Shown here: positions 20,863 through 31,008 of the stretch, piece after piece
How the letters are laid out: every line of letters starts with the position of its first letter
How positions within the stretch are numbered: the stretch's first letter is position 1
DNA from: Blastocatellia bacterium
Lineage (GTDB): Bacteria; Acidobacteriota; Blastocatellia; UBA7656
DNA length: 64,000 nt
Assembly: GCA_963765495.1 (NCBI GenBank)
Contig: CAVXWP010000015.1
Location: forward strand, 124,115 to 188,114
Direction of reading: 5' to 3'
Position numbers and translations under genes: made by a program
The notes under the pieces: model-generated
Seen by the model: the letters and a program-made list of their open reading frames with translations, nothing else
Told to the model about the DNA's origin: nothing
The model's database searches: none

Positions 20863-21504
20863 TTACTCAGGATTCAAAACATCAAACAGATCGCCGATTG
20901 AATCGAGCGCGAGATCAGGCGATTCGGCAAGCAATCGCTCACGGCTCGCCCCGCTCCACAGGGCGGCGGCCGTGCTTGTGCCTGCCGCGCGGCCCATCAT
21001 TATATCAGCCGGACTGTCTCCGATTACCAGCGTTCGCTCGCTCGTCGAATCAAGCTTTTTCATCGCCCGCAAAACGCCGTCGGGTTCAGGCTTTGGGCGC
21101 TCTACATCGTCGCCCCAGACCGTAGTCGCTATAAGCCCTCGCAGACCCGTCAGGTCGAGTTCGATCTCTCCGGCTCGTCGCGGCTTGAGCGACACGACCG
21201 CTACCTGCGCGCCCCGGTCCCGGAGTCGTGTGAGTGCCTCTCTCACGCCCGCGTACGGAATCAGGTAGTGATGATGATTGGCGTAATAAAATTCTTCAAA
21301 GCTTTCGAGCATCTCGTGGAGCATCTCTTCGCTATAACGCCTGAGCACTTCCGAGGGAGTCATGTTCCAGAAATCGCGAAAATCCTCATCTTCAATTTCA
21401 AGGCCGGTATGCAGGCGTATCGAATGAGCGAACGCCTCGCGGTAAGCGCGCTCCGAATGCGCCAGCGTACCGTCGAAGTCGAAGATGAAGCAATCGAAAT
21501 ACAT
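20863..21504 (-). CDS. HAD-IA hydrolase (Gph/PpaX-like)
   Basis: FDFDGTL, KPEPD, IGDSPADI. Confidence 0.88.
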   Translation of the reverse strand: MYFDCFIFDFDGTLAHSERAYREAFAHSIRLHTGLEIEDEDFRDFWNMTPSEVLRRYSEEMLHEMLESFEEFYYANHHHYLIPYAGVREALTRLRDRGAQVAVVSLKPRRAGEIELDLTGLRGLIATTVWGDDVERPKPEPDGVLRAMKKLDSTSERTLVIGDSPADIMMGRAAGTSTAAALWSGASRERLLAESPDLALDSIGDLFDVLNPE

Positions 21505-21510
21505 AGAATT

Positions 21511-21627
21511 GGGGGTCAGGGGTCAGGGGCCGGGGGCCGGTTTTTGAGAATCAGTCCTGATGGCTCCGAGTCAACCGGCAACTTTCTTTATTATGTTCAC
21601 CGGCCCCCGGCCCCTGACCCCTGACTC
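21511..21627. repeat. Family F (GGGGTCA/GGGGCCG)n inverted element
   Basis: ggggtcaggggtcaggggccgggggccgg ... ccggcccccggcccctgacccctgac. Confidence 0.8.
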
Positions 21628-21633
21628 CGGCGT

Positions 21634-22545
21634 TTACGCCATCTGAGCCACATCGCCCATAGCGCGGAATTTCTGGTAACGGCGACTGATACGCTCGGAA
21701 TCCGTGAGGTTGCGAACGGAATCAAGCGCATCGGCCAGGTAAGCATCGAGTATTTGCCCCATCTCGGCGTGATCTTTGTGAGCGCCGCCGACTGGTTCCG
21801 GCACTATCTGGTCTATCAATCCTAGTTCGAGCAGGTCGCCTGCCGTCAGGCGCAAGGCGCGCGCGGCCTGCTCTGCGTGCGCCTGATCTCGCCAGAGTAT
21901 TGCCGAACAGGATTCGGGCGAGATCACCGAATAGATCGCGTTTTCAAGCATCAGCACGCGGTCGCCCACCCCTATTGCGAGCGCGCCGCCCGACCCGCCT
22001 TCGCCCGTCACGGTTGCGATTAGGGGGACGCGCAGTTTAGCCATCTCGCGGAGGTTGTAGGCAATGGCTTCGGCCTGCCCGCGCTCTTCCGCATCTATGC
22101 CGGGATAGGCTCCGGGCGTATCTATAAAGGTGAAGACCGGGCGATGAAATTTTTCGGCCAGTTTCATGACGCGCAATGCCTTGCGATAGCCTTCGGGTTT
22201 TGGCATGCCGAAGTTGCGCTGCTGACGTTGCTTTGTGGTGCGTCCCTTTTGATGGCCCAGGACCACGCAAGGCTCTCCGTGAAAGGCGGCAAATCCGGCG
22301 ACCATGGCGGAGTCTTCGCCGAATCGCCGGTCGCCGTGAATCTCTGTGAAGTCCTGGAATATCAGTTTTATGTAATCGAGCGTGTAAGGCCGCTCGGCGT
22401 GACGCGCGAGCTTAACCCTGTCCCATGCATTTGGTTGAGCGGGGTCTGCCGTCAAATTAGCATGCTCAGATTGTTGGAGGTGGCGGTGAATCTGCTCCAT
22501 CGAATCGTCATCTCCCAAAACGGTTTTCTTGCTCTCTTCTGCCAT
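21634..22545 (-). CDS. accA: Acetyl-CoA carboxylase carboxyltransferase alpha subunit
   Basis: [62 protein letters not shown]; start at 22545 inferred. Confidence 0.95.
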   Translation of the reverse strand: MAEESKKTVLGDDDSMEQIHRHLQQSEHANLTADPAQPNAWDRVKLARHAERPYTLDYIKLIFQDFTEIHGDRRFGEDSAMVAGFAAFHGEPCVVLGHQKGRTTKQRQQRNFGMPKPEGYRKALRVMKLAEKFHRPVFTFIDTPGAYPGIDAEERGQAEAIAYNLREMAKLRVPLIATVTGEGGSGGALAIGVGDRVLMLENAIYSVISPESCSAILWRDQAHAEQAARALRLTAGDLLELGLIDQIVPEPVGGAHKDHAEMGQILDAYLADALDSVRNLTDSERISRRYQKFRAMGDVAQMA

Positions 22546-22550
22546 AATGA

Positions 22551-22680
22551 GTGATCCGTGAATCGTGATTCGTGATCCGTGAATCGTGATTTGTGATCCG
22601 TGAATCGTGACTTTACAGATAGGCCGTAAGTTCAAGCCAGCTTATGAGCCTGCCAATCACGCATCACGCATCACGCATCG
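22551..22680. repeat. Family A element with an expanded array (21-nt higher-order unit x3)
   Basis: (gtgatccgtgaatcgtgatt[c/t]) repeated, 46-nt core, (tcacgca)3. Confidence 0.85.
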
Positions 22681-22706
22681 CTGTATTCTAAATCAATCCG
22701 CCAATC

Positions 22707-22736
22707 TTGACACCCCTTGCGCGGCGCTGTTAAATT
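22707..22736 (+). promoter_or_regulatory. Sigma70-type promoter for icd
   Basis: TTGACA, 18-nt spacer, TGnTAAATT extended -10. Confidence 0.6.
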
Positions 22737-22795
22737 GTGCGCCCACGTCTGAGCACAAAAACATATTGCTCACATAACAGGAGGTTTGAAGCCCT

Positions 22796-24181
22796 ATGGC
22801 GACGTTCAATGGTATAGAAGTTCCGTCCGATGGTCAAAAGATTACGGTAGAGGGAGCAAAACTCAATGTTCCCCCCCATCCCGTCATTCCTTTTATCGAA
22901 GGCGATGGAACAGGGCGCGACATCTGGCGAGCGTCCCGCCGGGTCTTTGACGCGGCGGTGGAAAAAGCCTACGGCGGGGCGCGCCGCGTAGTCTGGTATG
23001 AGATATTCGCGGGCGAGAAAGCCTTCAAGATGTTCGGCGAGTGGCTGCCCGGTGATTCGGTCAAAGCCATTGCCGAATTTGTGGTTGCAATCAAAGGACC
23101 GCTTACGACCCCCGTAGGCGGAGGCATTCGCAGCCTCAACGTGACGCTCAGGCAAGTTCTCGATCTTTATGCCTGCGTGCGGCCCGTCCGCTACTTCGAC
23201 GGCGTGCCCTCGCCTGTCAAGCACCCGGAGAACGTAAACGTAGTGATATTCCGCGAGAACACCGAAGACGTTTACGCCGGGGTCGAGTTTGTGTCGGAAA
23301 GCGAGCGCGCGCGAGAATTGATCTCGCTTCTAAACGATAAATACGGCTACAGGGTCCGAACCGACAGCGGCATCGGGATCAAACCCATCTCGCCTACGGG
23401 GACAAAACGGCTGGTGCGCCGCGCCGTTCAATACGCGCTCGATTTCAACCGTCCCTCGGTCACGCTCGTCCATAAGGGCAATATTATGAAATTCACCGAG
23501 GGGGCGTTTCGTGACTGGGGTTATCAACTGGCCAAAGAAGAGTTCAGAGACCAGATAGTCACCGAGCGCGAGACGTGGATACTCGATAACCGCGAGCGCA
23601 ACCCTTCGATCACCGATGAAGAGAACGCTCGCCTGATAGAACCCGGCTTCGATCAGATGTCCGAAGATAAACGCGCCGAAATCGTAAGCGAGATCCAGAC
23701 GACGCTCTCCGAAATAGGCGAGACACACGGCAACGGCGGGTGGCGCACCCGGCTCCTTGTCAAAGACCGCATCGCCGATTCTATGTTTCAGCAGATACTC
23801 ATTCGCCCGGATGAATACTCCGTCATAGCCACTCCAAACCTGAACGGCGACTATATTTCAGACGCGGCGGCGGCGCAGGTAGGCGGCTTAGGAATGGCTC
23901 CGGGAGCCAATATCGGGGATGGGGCGGCAATATTTGAAGCCACACACGGGACGGCCCCGAAGTATGCGGATAAGGACGTGATCAATCCTTCGTCCGTGAT
24001 CCTTTCGGGTGTGATGATGTTTGAGCATCTGGGATGGCGCGAGGTGAGTGAAGGCATAGTTGACGCGCTGACAAAGACAATCGAGCAGAAGCGCGTAACT
24101 TATGATCTCGAACGGCAGATGGAGAACGCTACGAAATTGAAGACAAGCGAATTCGCCTCGGCCATCATCGAAAATCTTTGA
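22796..24181 (+). CDS. icd: NADP-dependent isocitrate dehydrogenase
   Basis: [66 protein letters not shown]. Confidence 0.96.
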   Translation: MATFNGIEVPSDGQKITVEGAKLNVPPHPVIPFIEGDGTGRDIWRASRRVFDAAVEKAYGGARRVVWYEIFAGEKAFKMFGEWLPGDSVKAIAEFVVAIKGPLTTPVGGGIRSLNVTLRQVLDLYACVRPVRYFDGVPSPVKHPENVNVVIFRENTEDVYAGVEFVSESERARELISLLNDKYGYRVRTDSGIGIKPISPTGTKRLVRRAVQYALDFNRPSVTLVHKGNIMKFTEGAFRDWGYQLAKEEFRDQIVTERETWILDNRERNPSITDEENARLIEPGFDQMSEDKRAEIVSEIQTTLSEIGETHGNGGWRTRLLVKDRIADSMFQQILIRPDEYSVIATPNLNGDYISDAAAAQVGGLGMAPGANIGDGAAIFEATHGTAPKYADKDVINPSSVILSGVMMFEHLGWREVSEGIVDALTKTIEQKRVTYDLERQMENATKLKTSEFASAIIENL

Positions 24182-24252
24182 CAGGATTAACAGGATTCGG
24201 GAGGATTGAAAAAGATTCTTATTCAGGCCTCCCGAATCCTGTTAATCCCGTC
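24179..24252. repeat. Family B inverted repeat between convergent genes; supplies the icd stop
   Basis: gacaggattaacaggattcgggagg ... cctcccgaatcctgttaatcccgtc. Confidence 0.85.
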
Positions 24253-25718
24253 TAGCGCGGCAATTTTTCGGGCAGGTTGGCAATCGCGTATGCCAGCACC
24301 GTCATAACGGCGGCGTTTTCCGCCAGTTCGCGGGGAACTATTTTATCCAGCGTATCGGCAGCCGTGTGATGGTAATCGAAATAGGTGCGCGCGTCCTGTA
24401 TGGGGGCAAAGCCCGGCACGCCCGCCTGATCGAGCGGAGAAATATCAGCGCCTACCTCGCTTGTGACAAGCCTGATCACTCCAGCGCCTATGTCTGAGAG
24501 CACCGAGGCTGCCGGTTGAAGCAGGGGGAGGGCTTCCGGTCTCACGTGCGCAAAGAATCCGGCCGGGTGTCCGGCTCCGAGGTCGCTCTCGATTGCGGCG
24601 ATGTGATCGGCTACTTCTGAGGCATGATCTTTGGCATAGGCCAGTCCGCCTCTCAGCCCGTTCTCTTCATTCATCCACGCGATCACGCGGACGGTTCGTT
24701 TGGGGTGCAGATTCAATTGCTTTATCAACTGCCCGACCTGCATGGCTACGGCCACGCCCGCCCCGTCATCAATCGCTCCCGTGCCGAGGTCCCACGAATC
24801 CAGATGGCCCGACACTATTATCACCTGCTCCGGGTGCTCGCTGCCCTTTATGTCTGCGACCACGTTATAGCTTGGCGCATCCGCGAGCGTTTGCGGTGTG
24901 AGGGTCAGATGCATTCGAACCCTGCCTTGATTTGTGAGATAAGCGATCAGGTCGGCATCTTCGGCCGTTACGGCAGCGGCGGGAATCTTTGCCGCATCAT
25001 CGGCGTAACGCAGTGCTCCCGTGTGAGGCAGACGGTATTCGGCACCGCCTACGGAACGAACAAGCGCGGCGACTGCGCCCAATCGAGCGGCGGCGCTCGG
25101 CCCCCCTCCGCGGTAGGCGACTGCCGCGCCGTATGCTTCGCCAGCAAATCCCTGAAGCGCCAGCCGCCTGTCGAACGGCACATTGAACAGGACTATTTTG
25201 CCTGCCACGCGGTCGCGCCCTAAACGGTTCAACTCTTCGAAACTCGTGGCTACGATTACTTCGGCGGTCAGTCCGTTTTCGGGTGTGGCCACGCTTCCGC
25301 CAAGCGCCGTAAGCAATATTTTCTGTGTAGTGCCCTCGGCCTGGCCGGGGAATTCCGTAAGCGCGCCCGACTCCTGACCGCGCGCCCAGTGAGGGACCAT
25401 AACCTTTTCAAGTCGGACCTCAAGTCCCAGACGGCGGAGTTCGTCGGCCACATACTGAACGGCTTTTTCAGCCTGCGGCGAGCCGCTCAGGCGCGGACCT
25501 ATATTGTTTGACAGATGCGCTACCTGTTTGTAGGCGTAGTCGCTTGTGAGCGCGGCCTGTTGCAGACGGTTGAGTTCGCCTGTGAGTTCCGGTGAATAAG
25601 AATACGTCGGCGGCTCCTGCGGCTGTTGAGCTACAGCAAGCATGCTTGTGATTAACAGGAGAGTGATACCGGCGCTTATATGGGGGAAGAAAAAAGTTGA
25701 TTTACGCATCGAGTCCAA
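24252..25718 (-). CDS. Secreted M28 metallopeptidase (carboxypeptidase Q-like)
   Basis: IGPRLSGS, SGHLDSWDLGTGAIDDGAG, NEENG, IESDLG, YHHTAADT; exact start uncertain. Confidence 0.9.
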   Translation of the reverse strand: MDSMRKSTFFFPHISAGITLLLITSMLAVAQQPQEPPTYSYSPELTGELNRLQQAALTSDYAYKQVAHLSNNIGPRLSGSPQAEKAVQYVADELRRLGLEVRLEKVMVPHWARGQESGALTEFPGQAEGTTQKILLTALGGSVATPENGLTAEVIVATSFEELNRLGRDRVAGKIVLFNVPFDRRLALQGFAGEAYGAAVAYRGGGPSAAARLGAVAALVRSVGGAEYRLPHTGALRYADDAAKIPAAAVTAEDADLIAYLTNQGRVRMHLTLTPQTLADAPSYNVVADIKGSEHPEQVIIVSGHLDSWDLGTGAIDDGAGVAVAMQVGQLIKQLNLHPKRTVRVIAWMNEENGLRGGLAYAKDHASEVADHIAAIESDLGAGHPAGFFAHVRPEALPLLQPAASVLSDIGAGVIRLVTSEVGADISPLDQAGVPGFAPIQDARTYFDYHHTAADTLDKIVPRELAENAAVMTVLAYAIANLPEKLPR

Positions 25719-25866
25719 TTATACGCAACAGAGCGCGGGTCGAACAAACGCCAAAAACAGAGTTCTATTTTTTTGCGGGTTGATTGATGAGCGATGACCA
25801 TCCTAGAATGAATACCTGAAATAATCTCGGGGAATCAGCCTCAAAAATAGAACAGGAGATGTAAAG

Positions 25867-26145
25867 ATGAAAGCTATATGGAATGATAAAGTACTTGCCG
25901 AAAGCGATGATACTATAGTGGTAGAGATGAACCATTATTTCCCGCCCGACTCCGTCAACAAAGAATACGTGCGCGAGAGCAGCACCCATACCACCTGTCC
26001 CTGGAAGGGGCTGGCCAGCTATTACGATGTCGTCGTTGATGACAAGGTAAATAAAGATGCTGCCTGGTATTATCCCGATCCAAAGTCTGACGCTGAGATG
26101 ATCAAAGGTTATGTGGCCTTCTGGAGAGGTGTGAAGGTCGAATAA
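25867..26145 (+). CDS. DUF427 domain protein
   Basis: VLAESD, HYFPPDSV, TTCPWKGLASYY, AAWYYPDP. Confidence 0.9.
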   Translation: MKAIWNDKVLAESDDTIVVEMNHYFPPDSVNKEYVRESSTHTTCPWKGLASYYDVVVDDKVNKDAAWYYPDPKSDAEMIKGYVAFWRGVKVE

Positions 26146-26147
26146 GG

Positions 26148-26186
26148 GCACGAATTTTTCGTGTTTATTCGTGTAGATTCGTGGCT
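26148..26186. repeat. Short ATTCGTG-type repeat/hairpin
   Basis: gcacgaatttttcgtgtttattcgtgtagattcgtggc. Confidence 0.55.
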
Positions 26187-26217
26187 AAATCCTGCTGCAA
26201 TTTGCTCTAAATAATAT

Positions 26218-27174
26218 TTGGAAGAAACCCTCTTCATCATCAATCCGGCATCGGCCTGTGGCTCGACCTTGAAAACATGGGTTGAAGCGCGGAGGGAATT
26301 GATTCGACGTGGCGCGGCATTTGCGGAACACGTGACCTCCCGTTCAGGCGAAGCCACCGAGATCACTCGCAAAGCCATAGCCAAAGGCACGCGCTGCGTT
26401 ATAGCCGTTGGCGGCGACGGAACTCTGGGAGAGGTGGTAAACGGCTATCTTGCCGTGTGTTTTGCCGGGGAGGGCGACGACCAGGGCCATCCAATCAACG
26501 AGGATGTGGCCCTGGGATTGTTGCCGAGTGGGACCGGGTCAGACTTTCGCCGCTCGCTCGGGTTGGACTCTCTTCAAGAAGCGATTCACGCAATCATAAA
26601 CCGGCGCACCCGTCTGATTGATGCCGGGCGCTGCGAATTTACGAATACGGATGGTCAAATCGCCTCGCGCTATTTCATCAACCTCGCATCGTTTGGGCTG
26701 GGCGGAGACGTGGTCGCGCTTGTGAACGGGTGGCGCGGCAGGCTGCCTTCATGGGTCGGCGGGCGGGCGCGTTTTGTCGCCGCCGCGCTCAAGGCGCTTG
26801 GCCGCTACAGAAATATTTCCGTAGCGGTTCAACTCGACGGCGAGCGCAGGGTTGAGATCAAAAGCAACCTGATCGTAGTCGCCAACGGGCGATTCGCGGG
26901 TGGCGGGATGATGCTGGCTCCTCATGCCCGACTTGATGACGGGTTGTTTGATGTGATTCTCACAGACGGAGCTACTCGAATGGATGTGATAAAGGAGTTG
27001 CCTCGCATCGGAGTGGGCGGTCTGCTTAAGAATCCGAAGGTTAAAGAGATGCGAGCGCGCGAGGTGTCAATCACAAGCGCCGTGCCGATAGCCCTTGATC
27101 TGGACGGAGAGACGGCAGGACAAACACCCGCGCGATTGATGCTCTTACCGGCGGCCGTGAGATTGATCTCGTGA
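26218..27174 (+). CDS. Diacylglycerol kinase family lipid kinase (YegS/BmrU)
   Basis: IINPAS, AVGGDGTLGEVVNG, LPSGTGSDF, ANGRFAGGG, DLDGE; TTG start. Confidence 0.9.
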   Translation: MEETLFIINPASACGSTLKTWVEARRELIRRGAAFAEHVTSRSGEATEITRKAIAKGTRCVIAVGGDGTLGEVVNGYLAVCFAGEGDDQGHPINEDVALGLLPSGTGSDFRRSLGLDSLQEAIHAIINRRTRLIDAGRCEFTNTDGQIASRYFINLASFGLGGDVVALVNGWRGRLPSWVGGRARFVAAALKALGRYRNISVAVQLDGERRVEIKSNLIVVANGRFAGGGMMLAPHARLDDGLFDVILTDGATRMDVIKELPRIGVGGLLKNPKVKEMRAREVSITSAVPIALDLDGETAGQTPARLMLLPAAVRLIS

Positions 27175-27261
27175 TACGTGATTCGTGATTCGTGACTTTC
27201 AGGCAGGCCACAGTGTAAGGCAACTTGCAAGCCTGCTTGCATCACGCATCACGCATCACGT
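27170..27261. repeat. Family A element between convergent genes; supplies the TGA stop
   Basis: cgtgatacgtgattcgtgattcgtga, 46-nt core, tcacgcatcacgcatcacg. Confidence 0.85.
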
Positions 27262-27262
27262 A

Positions 27263-28273
27263 TTACTTCTCAGCCATCGCGTCTGTCACTTTTATGCGAC
27301 CGGCGATTATGTCCTGTTTTGCCCGCTCAACATCTTCTATCACTGAGGGCGGGATGAGGGATTCGTTGTTTTTATCCATCGCGTAGCCGATCCCGTTATT
27401 GTCGAGGCCAAACTGGTGTATGCCGCCCGTGAAGCGCCCTTCGGTCAGGTCCTTGACCGTGTTAAAGACGGCCACGTCCACACGTTTGGTCATGCTGGTC
27501 AGGATGAATCCGGGCTTGATCCAGTTCTGGTTCGAGTCTACGCCTATGGCGAGTTTGCCCGTCTCTTCGGCCGCATCGAATACGCCGAGGCCGGAATTAC
27601 CCGCCGCCTGAAAGACCACATCCGCTCCGCGCTCTATTTGAGCCTTTGCCAGTTCTTTCCCTTTGCCCGGATTGTTCCACGCCGAGTCGTTGACTCCCAC
27701 ATAGTTTTCAAAGATCTGGACCTTCGGGTTTGCATAGCGCGCACCCTCTTCATATCCGGTCTCAAATTTGTGAATGAGCGGGATGTCCATGCCGCCGACA
27801 AATCCTATCTTGTCGCTCTTGGTTGTGCGCGCCGCTATCATCCCTACAAGGAAAGAGCCTTCGTGCTCTTTGAATATGAGCGAAGCCACATTAGGTTCGT
27901 CAATGACCCCGTCGATTATGGCAAACTTGAGATTGGGGTAATCGCGGGCGACGCTATCCATGATCGGTGCCTGGGCAAATCCTACGCCGACGATCAGATC
28001 ATATCCGCGTTCGGCAAAGGCTCGCATCGAAGGCTCTATCGAGGTAGGATCGCCCGGCTCGACATCGCGCAAAAAGATGCCCAGTTCGTCGCGCGCCCGC
28101 TTGACGCCTTCCCAGGCCGCAGCATTGAAAGATTTGTCGTCTTTGCCGCCTATGTCAAAGACTATGCCTACGCGCAGGCGTCCGGCTGCCTCATCGCGGT
28201 TGCTGAAAACGCGCCCGCACCCGGCAAGCGCAAGCGCGAAAGTCAAAAGCAGAGCTAGTGCTGTATTCTTCAT
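27263..28273 (-). CDS. BMP-family ABC substrate-binding lipoprotein (nucleoside-binding type)
   Basis: Lipobox LAGC, GGKDDKSFN, FKEHEGSFLVG, AIGVDSNQ, TSMTKRVD. Confidence 0.92.
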   Translation of the reverse strand: MKNTALALLLTFALALAGCGRVFSNRDEAAGRLRVGIVFDIGGKDDKSFNAAAWEGVKRARDELGIFLRDVEPGDPTSIEPSMRAFAERGYDLIVGVGFAQAPIMDSVARDYPNLKFAIIDGVIDEPNVASLIFKEHEGSFLVGMIAARTTKSDKIGFVGGMDIPLIHKFETGYEEGARYANPKVQIFENYVGVNDSAWNNPGKGKELAKAQIERGADVVFQAAGNSGLGVFDAAEETGKLAIGVDSNQNWIKPGFILTSMTKRVDVAVFNTVKDLTEGRFTGGIHQFGLDNNGIGYAMDKNNESLIPPSVIEDVERAKQDIIAGRIKVTDAMAEK

Positions 28274-28444
28274 ATTTATGCCTATCCATAGAGCAGTAAG
28301 AGGCTTGCTAAAGTGTAGCCGATAACATCGGCGCTAAACAACCGCGCGTCTGTTCTTAACTCTTGCGCGGGATGGCTTGTTGGTTTATGCTTCCGAGTGT
28401 TTGCCCCTGCCCGGTTGTCCAGTCAATCAAAATCGGAGATAGAT

Positions 28445-29317
28445 ATGAGTAGCTTTCGGTCGGTTGCCGCGATGGTGAAATCACTTTGCGCTGTGTCTGT
28501 CATGGCGTTTGCGGTGGCGTTATTGATCGCCCCGGACGCATCCGCGCAGCAACCCGCGACGGGTAGAAGAAGAGTTCCAAGGATGACCTCTGACGATGTC
28601 CTTCTGCCGAAATCCGAAACGACAACGGACGAGACTTCAAGCGAGACGGCGAGCGCAGCGCCCGAACCGGGTAAAAAAGATTCATCGGCCAAGTCTTCGG
28701 GTGAGGAAGCGAAAGCAAACCCTGACGAGGCCGCCTGGCGCGAAAATGTCAGCAAGGCGAGAGACCGCGCAAAGACGCTGGAACGTCAGGCGGAAGACGC
28801 TGAATTGCGCGTCACCGCTCTCCGAAATGAGATGGGCATGTCGGGTCAGGGCGCGAATCACAGAAATCAGGTGGCCGCCGATCTGGATCAGGCGGGCGAG
28901 CTGGTAAAAGAGCTTCGCCGACAATCGCGCGCCGCATCTGACGATCTTGAAAAGTTATTGGAATACGGCCGCCGGAAAGGCTTCACCGAATCCGAAGGTC
29001 CGAAAGCGGCCTCGGATGACGGCAAGCCTAATGCGGAATATTATCGCTCGCGCTACAGCGCGCTCACCGAAGAGCTTCAAACGGCGGATCGCCACATAGT
29101 TCTCTATGAGAATCGGGTCCGCGATGCGAATCAGCGCATCACAAGCAACAGCGTGTCGGGCGACAATTACTATATCGCTCAACTCAAACAGGACCGCGAT
29201 GAAGCGCAAGAGAAACTCGACCAGGCGCGGGCCGAACGAACAAAAAAGCAGGGCGAGATAGAAACATTGATGGAGGAAGCGCGCCGGGCAGGCGTGCCGC
29301 CCGGAGTCTTCAGATAA
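28445..29317 (+). CDS. Hypothetical exported coiled-coil protein
   Basis: Signal peptide, Ser/Thr/Glu linker, two long charged helices, C-terminal EEARRAGVPPG. Confidence 0.7.
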   Translation: MSSFRSVAAMVKSLCAVSVMAFAVALLIAPDASAQQPATGRRRVPRMTSDDVLLPKSETTTDETSSETASAAPEPGKKDSSAKSSGEEAKANPDEAAWRENVSKARDRAKTLERQAEDAELRVTALRNEMGMSGQGANHRNQVAADLDQAGELVKELRRQSRAASDDLEKLLEYGRRKGFTESEGPKAASDDGKPNAEYYRSRYSALTEELQTADRHIVLYENRVRDANQRITSNSVSGDNYYIAQLKQDRDEAQEKLDQARAERTKKQGEIETLMEEARRAGVPPGVFR

Positions 29318-29356
29318 ATTGCTCGGATAAGTTGTTCAGATAAATTGTTCAGGTAA
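29311..29356. repeat. 13-nt tandem repeat, about 3.5 copies
   Basis: cagataaattgct cggataagttgtt cagataaattgtt caggtaa. Confidence 0.7.
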
Positions 29357-29405
29357 TCCCCGGTCCCCTTTTCGAGAGCCTCCCTTTAGCCCAATTGAAG
29401 CAGGA

Positions 29406-29436
29406 TGAAAGTCAGCAACCTGGTTGCTGACTTTCA
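29406..29436. repeat. Perfect 15-bp inverted repeat with a 1-nt centre
   Basis: TGAAAGTCAGCAACC-T-GGTTGCTGACTTTCA. Confidence 0.85.
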
Positions 29437-29448
29437 AGTTATCAAATT

Positions 29449-30831
29449 ATGGCGGAGATACTGTTAGTAGAGGACAAGGAAAGCCTCAGGCAGATGTTGC
29501 GCCTGACGCTTGAAAACGTAGGCCATACGGTGGACGAAGCCTGTGACGGCGCGGAGGCCCGACGAAAGCTAAACGACACTCGTTACCGTCTGGTAGTCAC
29601 CGACCTGAAGATGCCGAGAGCCGACGGATTGGAAGTGCTGCGCGCGGCAAAATCGTCAGATCCCGACACGGCGGTTATCTTACTGACCGCCTATGGCACG
29701 ATTGACGAGGCGGTGACGGCGGTCAAGGAAGGCGCTTACGAGTTTCTGCAAAAGCCGGTCGACAGTCGTCATCTGCTGCTGCTCGTACAGAGGGCGCTTG
29801 ACGAGGCAAAGCTGCGCGCCGAAAATATCCTGCTCCGGGATGAATACTCGCGCCGGTACGGATTCCCGCGCATCATAGGCGACTCGCCCGCCATGCAAAA
29901 AGTCGGGCGCGAGATACAACAGGTCTCGGCCACTCCGACAACGGTCTTACTGCTCGGCGAATCGGGCACCGGCAAAGAGCTTTTCGCCCGCGCGATACAT
30001 CATCTGAGCGAGCGCCGCAACGCTCCTTTCATCGCCATCAATTGCGCAGCCATCCCTGACACCTTGATCGAAAACGAATTGTTCGGCCACGAAAAAGGCG
30101 CATACACAGGGGCCGACCATCGCCGCGCCGGGAAGTTTGAGCTTGCGGCGCGCGGCACTATTTTCCTGGATGAGATAAGCGAGATAGCGCCCGCCGTGCA
30201 ATCGAAACTGCTCCGGGTTCTGGAAGAAAGAAAGGTCACACGCCTCGGAGGCTCAGCCGATATTGATATCGATGTGCGAGTCATTGCGGCGACCAACCGG
30301 GATTTGAAAGCGGCAGTCGCATCAAAACAGTTTCGCGAAGACCTCTATTTTCGCCTTGCGGTCTTCCCCGTACAGATTCCCGCCCTGCGCGAACGGCGAT
30401 CAGACGTGAAGCAACTGGCCGAGACCTTTGCCGCAAAGTATGGCCGTGAGTTGCGTCGAGCGCCGCTCAGGATAACCGATGCATCCGTTCGCATGCTCGA
30501 AGATTACGACTGGCCGGGCAATGTTCGCGAGCTTGAAAACTGCATCGAGCGCGCCTGCATTCTCGCTCACGGACAGGAGATCACGCCCGCCGATCTCAAT
30601 ATCAGCCCGCCTTCCGATTACTCGCTGCAAGAACAGCTTGCCCTGCTCGACGGCTTCGATATGCGAGGGTCGCTGTCGGAGGTGAGCGCGCGGGCGCAGC
30701 GACTGGTCGAAGGCCGCAAGATAGGTTTGACGCTGAAGGAATGCGGCTACAACAAGTCGCGCACCGCAGAACGGCTTGGCGTCAGCTATAAGACGCTGCT
30801 CACACGCATAAAGGAACTCGAACTTGAATAG
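29449..30831 (+). CDS. Sigma-54-dependent response regulator (NtrC family)
   Basis: Receiver (VTDLKMP, LQKP), GESGTGKE, ELFGHEKGAYTGA, FLDEI, WPGNVRELEN, Fis-type HTH. Confidence 0.95.
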   Translation: MAEILLVEDKESLRQMLRLTLENVGHTVDEACDGAEARRKLNDTRYRLVVTDLKMPRADGLEVLRAAKSSDPDTAVILLTAYGTIDEAVTAVKEGAYEFLQKPVDSRHLLLLVQRALDEAKLRAENILLRDEYSRRYGFPRIIGDSPAMQKVGREIQQVSATPTTVLLLGESGTGKELFARAIHHLSERRNAPFIAINCAAIPDTLIENELFGHEKGAYTGADHRRAGKFELAARGTIFLDEISEIAPAVQSKLLRVLEERKVTRLGGSADIDIDVRVIAATNRDLKAAVASKQFREDLYFRLAVFPVQIPALRERRSDVKQLAETFAAKYGRELRRAPLRITDASVRMLEDYDWPGNVRELENCIERACILAHGQEITPADLNISPPSDYSLQEQLALLDGFDMRGSLSEVSARAQRLVEGRKIGLTLKECGYNKSRTAERLGVSYKTLLTRIKELELE

Positions 30832-30843
30832 CCCCCGAGGACC

Positions 30844-30898
30844 TGAGATTTGAGATTTGAAACAGGATTAATCCCATAAAATCCTGTCAACCCTGTCA
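30844..30898. repeat. Family C (GATTTGA)n array joined to a partial family B repeat
   Basis: tgagatttgagatttgaaacaggatt ... aatcctgtcaaccctgtca; family C also at ~5070, ~18315 and ~33153. Confidence 0.7.
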
Positions 30899-31008
30899 AA
30901 AAATTAGCCTGCCGCTTTTCAGGCAGTTGACTTTTCATGCGCCGCTTGCTTATCTCACCAATGCTGTATAATTGAACGCAGTTCGTAAATCACCGAGGTC
31001 AAAAATTC

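Noticed and set aside
22546-22635. Repetitive N-terminal extension of AccA ([19 protein letters not shown])
   Set aside because: Translation of the family A heptamer array; the real start is probably 22545 or later
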